Shown here one piece after another: positions 59,394-64,000 of a stretch of DNA of 64,000 bases (its first letter is position 1; the number at the start of each line of letters is the position of its first letter). Both the position numbers and the translations under genes were made by a program. The stretch comes from a bacterium (GTDB taxonomy: Bacteria; Bacteroidota; Ignavibacteria; UBA10030): contig JAZDJN010000061.1 of the NCBI GenBank assembly GCA_043803945.1, positions 32,001-96,000 of the forward strand, given 5' to 3'. The notes below the pieces were generated by a model. That model saw nothing but the letters and a program-made list of their open reading frames with translations, was not told the DNA's origin and searched no databases.

Positions 59394-62300
59394 TTTTAAT
59401 AATTCCCAGACCTACCAGAGATGAGTGAGCCTTCACACTTTTCTTTGAGTTCAGGATAATTTTTCGTTGTGATACGTTACTTGTGATCAGTTCTATTTTT
59501 CTTTGTTCAGCTTTTGCCAACGGGATTCTTCCATTCCTCTGATGCTCTTTAATGATACTATTTCGCCGTTCTGTTTGCTTTTTCAGGTGTTCATCAAGCA
59601 TCCGTTCTTGGATTTGAACTCGATCCCAATTTCTATTTTCTTCCTGTGAAACATATTCTTTATACTGATTTCTTAAATTTTCCACACATTTTTCGACCGC
59701 CCTTAGTCCAAGAAAAGCTAAATCGATCTGCTCTTCTGCTCCCAAAAAGTCTTCCCCTTCTTCAAGTGCCGTCCGAACTAACCTTTCTGCAGTTTCACCC
59801 TCCATGATAGTAGACTGTTCATTAACATTTAGTGCGCAATACTGAATTTGCTCAACATCGCGCAGTCCTTCTATTGACCACCTCTCAATTACATAAATAA
59901 ATATTCCAGGTAAGAGATCTGCATGTTCATGCAGTTCGATGAACGCAATTGGGTGATCGAGTATGTTGGATTGATCAAGAGAAGAGCTTAGCCAATGAAT
60001 TAATGGGTGAGTTTGGTTAATGATTTCTGCTTTCTCTTTATTTCCTACGCTGATTTTATTTTGAAATATACACCTCACAGGACGAGGATCGCTGCTACTC
60101 ATCTGAGTGGGTTTCTGGATCCCGTATTTACGTATGTATTCTTGAAAGGCAACTTTCGCGCGATCGGTCAGTGTGATTTCGTAAATCTCTTCCGTAAAGG
60201 GTGTCGGTTGAATTTGACATCCAGAGTAAAAACGTGAAAGGGTTAACTTAGTATAGAGTAGAAGGTCCCTTGAAGATATCTGTCTGTTTAACTCTCTTGC
60301 CGCATTAATTTCTTTAATAATATAATCACCGTAACGCACCAAAAAAGCAGACTGATTCTCCAGTTCAAGTTCAGACTTATACCTATTTTCAAGCACCTTT
60401 TCTGTTTGTACTATTCGTTGCTCTTCTTGCTCTGAACTCAGGTTCTTACTGAGAAGTTCATATGTTAATTTTCGGATCTCATTTCCTAAGACAGGCTCAA
60501 TTCCTCCTAATGCTCCTCCGATCATTTGTAATCGTTGATAGAGTCGGCTATAGATCCTATCGTCAATGGTATCTTTATAGAATAGATACCAAATCAGCAG
60601 CTTCTCTGCTTTTTGCCCTATTCTATCAATTCTCCCAATCCGCTGTTCAATTCTCATGGGATTCCAAGGCAAATCATAGTTTATGAGAAATGCACAAAAC
60701 TGAAGGTCAATACCCTCGCTACCAATTTCTGATGAGAGAAGTATTTGGGGGCCTGTGGGATTTGAAAAGCTTTCAAGCACTTCGCTTTTTGATCTCGAAA
60801 TCTTTCCATGCAAAACAATACAATTGAATTCATCCTCACTCAGTCGCTCATACAAATAGTCAAGGGTGGCAATGAAATATGAAAATATGATAATTTTATC
60901 ATGTGGATAGCGTTTTATGAAATCCCTTATCATTTCTTGCAGCCGATTATATTTTGAATCGTATTCTCTGAGAGCCTTGACCTCTCCGAAGTTTTCCAAT
61001 TCTTGGAAGAGATTTGCCAACAATGGACCTGGCTCGATAACTTCAAGATCAGCATTTTCATTTTCCTCAATGCTTTTATCGAATAATTCTTTTCGTTCTT
61101 TCCAACAGCTTAACGATGCTGCCATACTGCTCGACATCTGACGCTGTGGAGTTGTAAGAAGAAAACCCTCTGCATAATCGTATCTACTACAAAATTCACG
61201 AACAAAATTGGTCACTTTTTGATAGAATATTGATTCCTCGGGAGTCATTTCAATTGGTTCTGGTATAGGCTCTCGAATAGCGCACAACTCCTGAACATCC
61301 CGTCTCCGAGTTCTCGTTATTACATTCCCAAGCAAGTTTACTGAATCTACCGTTTTGACAATTCGGTCTTTAATTTTTGAATCCAGCGATTCATCACTCT
61401 TATCGATCAAATTCATTAACAGCTGGAGCTGCTTACCATCTTTTAATAACGGATTCTTAAGCGCAGCATTAATTGCAGTTATTAGTTCCGATTTCGATGG
61501 TGAATGTGATTCCACTATTCTACGAATGTTCATTAATGGCTCATTTGCCCTTAAAATGGAATCAAAGGATTGCAGGTTGTCAAAAGTGTCTTGGTCTACC
61601 AAGTTGAGAAGTTGAAACAAATCTTCATTGCGAAGATGTATCGGTGTTGCCGAGAGAAGTACGATATATTCTGATGCATCTCTTAAGAGCCTGCCTAATT
61701 GAGCTGTTTGAGATTCAGGATTCCTTAAATAGTGTGCTTCATCAATTATGAGAAGATCAATTAACGGCTCTTCCATTGAATGCTCTCGAAGAAACCTGGC
61801 GAGTTTTGATACAATTTGTTGGTCCTGTTCTTCACCAGTACTCCACCAATATTTATGTGGACGAAGTCCCTGTAAACTCCCAACCATAGTAAATCGAGTC
61901 GTGTTTGGATTTGACAATGTAGTTTCCAAATTAGACAGAAGCTCAGCAGCATTGCATAGTTGGGGTTGAATACCAAATCTTTGAGTCAATTCAGGAATCC
62001 ATTTATCTTTTTGAAGCATCGCTGGACACAGAACCAGGGCTCGCTTAATATCTACCCTGCTCTGGAATTCAGTCAAGATTAAACCTGCTTCAATTGTTTT
62101 GCCCAGACCAACTTCATCGGCAATTAGAATTCCTTTCCCTGGTGCATCAAGCATTTTTAATACCGGTTTGAATTGATAAGCATAGAACTCGGTATTAGTT
62201 GTATTCATACTATAAAGAGTGTTCGCCAATCGACCCGTTAGCCGAATGTGGGTTAAAAGTCCTCTAAGGTCTTTAACACTTCCCGTTTTTTCTTTGGCAA

Positions 62301-62487
62301 ATAAATGAAGGGGGTGCTCTTGGGTGGAAGGAACAAGTTCGAGTTGATCTTCTTGTATCCACTGATCTCGCTCTGAAAATCGCACTAGAAATTCTCTTCC
62401 AGTTCCAGAGAGGTAAGGGGGATTATCTAAAATAACTCCATTTCGGTTTGGATCAGAGATCAATCTTACCTGGTTGCCTGCTTGCAA
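59386..62487 (-). CDS. SNF2-family helicase (RapA/DrmD-like)
   Basis: IADEVGLGKTIEAG, IIDEAH, LSATP, SEGIDLQ and YDLPWNPMRIEQRIGRIDRIGQ; TTG start. Confidence 0.9.
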   Translation of the reverse strand: MQAGNQVRLISDPNRNGVILDNPPYLSGTGREFLVRFSERDQWIQEDQLELVPSTQEHPLHLFAKEKTGSVKDLRGLLTHIRLTGRLANTLYSMNTTNTEFYAYQFKPVLKMLDAPGKGILIADEVGLGKTIEAGLILTEFQSRVDIKRALVLCPAMLQKDKWIPELTQRFGIQPQLCNAAELLSNLETTLSNPNTTRFTMVGSLQGLRPHKYWWSTGEEQDQQIVSKLARFLREHSMEEPLIDLLIIDEAHYLRNPESQTAQLGRLLRDASEYIVLLSATPIHLRNEDLFQLLNLVDQDTFDNLQSFDSILRANEPLMNIRRIVESHSPSKSELITAINAALKNPLLKDGKQLQLLMNLIDKSDESLDSKIKDRIVKTVDSVNLLGNVITRTRRRDVQELCAIREPIPEPIEMTPEESIFYQKVTNFVREFCSRYDYAEGFLLTTPQRQMSSSMAASLSCWKERKELFDKSIEENENADLEVIEPGPLLANLFQELENFGEVKALREYDSKYNRLQEMIRDFIKRYPHDKIIIFSYFIATLDYLYERLSEDEFNCIVLHGKISRSKSEVLESFSNPTGPQILLSSEIGSEGIDLQFCAFLINYDLPWNPMRIEQRIGRIDRIGQKAEKLLIWYLFYKDTIDDRIYSRLYQRLQMIGGALGGIEPVLGNEIRKLTYELLSKNLSSEQEEQRIVQTEKVLENRYKSELELENQSAFLVRYGDYIIKEINAARELNRQISSRDLLLYTKLTLSRFYSGCQIQPTPFTEEIYEITLTDRAKVAFQEYIRKYGIQKPTQMSSSDPRPVRCIFQNKISVGNKEKAEIINQTHPLIHWLSSSLDQSNILDHPIAFIELHEHADLLPGIFIYVIERWSIEGLRDVEQIQYCALNVNEQSTIMEGETAERLVRTALEEGEDFLGAEEQIDLAFLGLRAVEKCVENLRNQYKEYVSQEENRNWDRVQIQERMLDEHLKKQTERRNSIIKEHQRNGRIPLAKAEQRKIELITSNVSQRKIILNSKKSVKAHSSLVGLGIIKNA

Positions 62488-62673
62488 AGGGGATCCCTTT
62501 CGAAACTTGAATCAAATTAGCATTGTATACGTTGCCTGCAGATTTACCTACACGATCTAATTGTCAACCTGATATTAACTAGTCGTTCACCAATTCTTTA
62601 TAGTATGGTAAATATCCAATTATACCTTTTATCTTGGGATACATATCCTAAATATATTTCACATTTTTCAAAC

Positions 62674-62782
62674 AAAAAACCCGCCTGACGTACGCTGATT
62701 TCACGCCCCACGGGTTCATTACTGCTGGTTTCACTCTCCTCTGTTCGGCAATGCGTTGGCAATGTAGCCGAATGTGAGAGGA
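62674..62782 (-). terminator. Double hairpin ending in a terminator-like stem and U tract
   Basis: TCCTCT/AGAGGA + TTCGGC/GCCGAA stem (62737-62782), then AACCCG...CGGGTT followed by T tract on the minus strand. Confidence 0.5.
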
Positions 62783-62838
62783 AAATCAATATATATTGAG
62801 AATGCGTATTTGGTTTGAGTCTCTAGCACATGTGCGTC

Positions 62839-63336
62839 TTAGAGTGCACAACCCCACTGCTGCAGAATTTCTTTGATTTGTTCGATGAACTGAGGAAGCG
62901 CTGCTTCAATCTGTTCACTCAGCGATTCCGAGAGTACCGTTGAGTCCTCTATTTCGATGGCCAGTATCCGGATCTCCGAGGGGAGCTTCATCTCCAATCG
63001 TTTTGCCAGGAGCAGAAGATCTGGAAGCCCCGCATTTTGAGGAGAGTTGGATATCCGATAGGCGTACTCCTCATGAGAAAACTGGACAACAGAACCCGGC
63101 TTATAGTCACCGATCTTGATTGCATCGAGAAGAAGAACCTTGTTGTATCCCTCTATCGATTCGAGGAGAGAAAAATTCAGAACCGGCATCTCGTCAATTT
63201 CAAATCCGGTTCGATTATTTTGTTTGACAGCACGGGCAGCTTTCACTGTCACGCCTTCATCTCCCAACAGCTCGTTTCCTCGTGCGAGTATCAAAATTGA
63301 ATAATTATTCGGGTTCATCAGATCTTCAGAGATCAC
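62839..63336 (-). CDS. Hydrogenase maturation protease (divergent)
   Basis: GNELLGDEGV and LLLDAI; the usual SPH site reads SPQ. Confidence 0.8.
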   Translation of the reverse strand: MISEDLMNPNNYSILILARGNELLGDEGVTVKAARAVKQNNRTGFEIDEMPVLNFSLLESIEGYNKVLLLDAIKIGDYKPGSVVQFSHEEYAYRISNSPQNAGLPDLLLLAKRLEMKLPSEIRILAIEIEDSTVLSESLSEQIEAALPQFIEQIKEILQQWGCAL

Positions 63337-63381
63337 AAACTAAGTGAACATGTAGTCAGTGAAACGATCGTGAATTATGGT

Positions 63382-63413
63382 AAATAAAACGGGGGCATTG
63401 GTGTGCCCCCGTT
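63382..63413 (-). terminator. Terminator-like hairpin after the second hydrogenase large subunit
   Basis: AACGGGGGCA-TTGGTG-TGCCCCCGTT followed by TTATTT on the minus strand. Confidence 0.65.
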
Positions 63414-63445
63414 GAACTGCTGTGCCGGAAAAAATTCAAAATCTA

Positions 63446-64000
63446 TTACCGGCAAATTTCTTGCAGGACATTCCCTCGTTCATCTCGCAGGGTTATCACA
63501 AGCGGCATTTCTCCGGGCAACGAGTGTGTTGCACATGCATTGCATGGATCGTATGCACGAAATGCCATCTCAATCATATTGAGCAAACCATCATTCACTA
63601 TACCGCCATGAATAAGTCCCTTCGCCGCTTTCTCCACGCTCATGGCAATACGGGCTGAATTGTTTTGTGTTGCAACAATCAGGTTTGCTTTTGTGATGAG
63701 ACCCTTTTCATCCGTCTCATAATGATGATACAGAGTGCCGCGCGGTGCTTCCACCACACCGACTCCCATACGCGGAGTTGCCGTTGGGATCGTTCGGATT
63801 TCTTTACTGGTGATCTCGGGATCGTTGGCAAGCTCGACCATCTTCTCCGCGGCCTGAATCATCTCCACAACGCGTGCCCAGTGATTTGCCAGCGTATGAT
63901 GAACCGGTTTGCCTCCAAGCACTTTGAAGTATTCTTCATACGCTTTTTGCGCGATCGGAGTTGCCATGCCATCGGCAGCATTCAGCCGGGCCAATGGTGC
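63446..64000 (-). CDS. NiFe hydrogenase large subunit, MvhA/group 3c-like, partial (3' end only)
   Basis: APLARLN, HWARVVE, EAPRGTLYHHY, NLIVAT.NN and L2 RAYDPCNACATH; frame open to the window edge. Confidence 0.85.
   Translation of the reverse strand, partial: APLARLNAADGMATPIAQKAYEEYFKVLGGKPVHHTLANHWARVVEMIQAAEKMVELANDPEITSKEIRTIPTATPRMGVGVVEAPRGTLYHHYETDEKGLITKANLIVATQNNSARIAMSVEKAAKGLIHGGIVNDGLLNMIEMAFRAYDPCNACATHSLPGEMPLVITLRDERGNVLQEICR

Noticed and set aside
62674-62782. NiCo or glycine riboswitch
   Set aside because: Only short motif resemblances; the required multi-stem junctions could not be built by eye.

Overview
Anaerobic energy-metabolism region of a bacterium, probably Bacteroidota/Ignavibacteria-like (inferred from the CarboxypepD-type TonB receptors and the serC/serA/DUF1015 cluster). 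Almost all genes lie on the minus strand. In order: two TonB-dependent receptors with partner genes; a REP-associated tyrosine transposase (RAYT) between two tandem arrays of GTAG-type REP hairpins, with an eighth inverted copy inside the gene; a Kor-like and a Vor-like four-subunit 2-oxoacid:ferredoxin oxidoreductase operon on either side of serA/serC/DUF1015; a 16-kb signalling/redox island; a hyp/hoxEFUYH (group 3d NiFe hydrogenase) region interrupted by a Lol-like ABC cassette and a UroD-family/MFS pair; an AT-rich SNF2 helicase plus actin/Hsp70-fold ATPase gene pair (candidate defence cassette); and the 3' end of a second NiFe hydrogenase large subunit (group 3c-like). The best candidate for an undescribed system is the island at 20444-36463. 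It encodes five glycine-cleavage-H (GcvH)-like proteins that all lack the lipoyl-lysine, two of them fused to receiver domains. It also encodes two HybA/HybB-like quinol-interacting modules without a catalytic subunit, a 13-heme cytochrome c, two heme-c sensor kinases, a sigma54 activator and a translationally coupled archaemetzincin protease. All calls come from reading motifs by eye; no searches were run.
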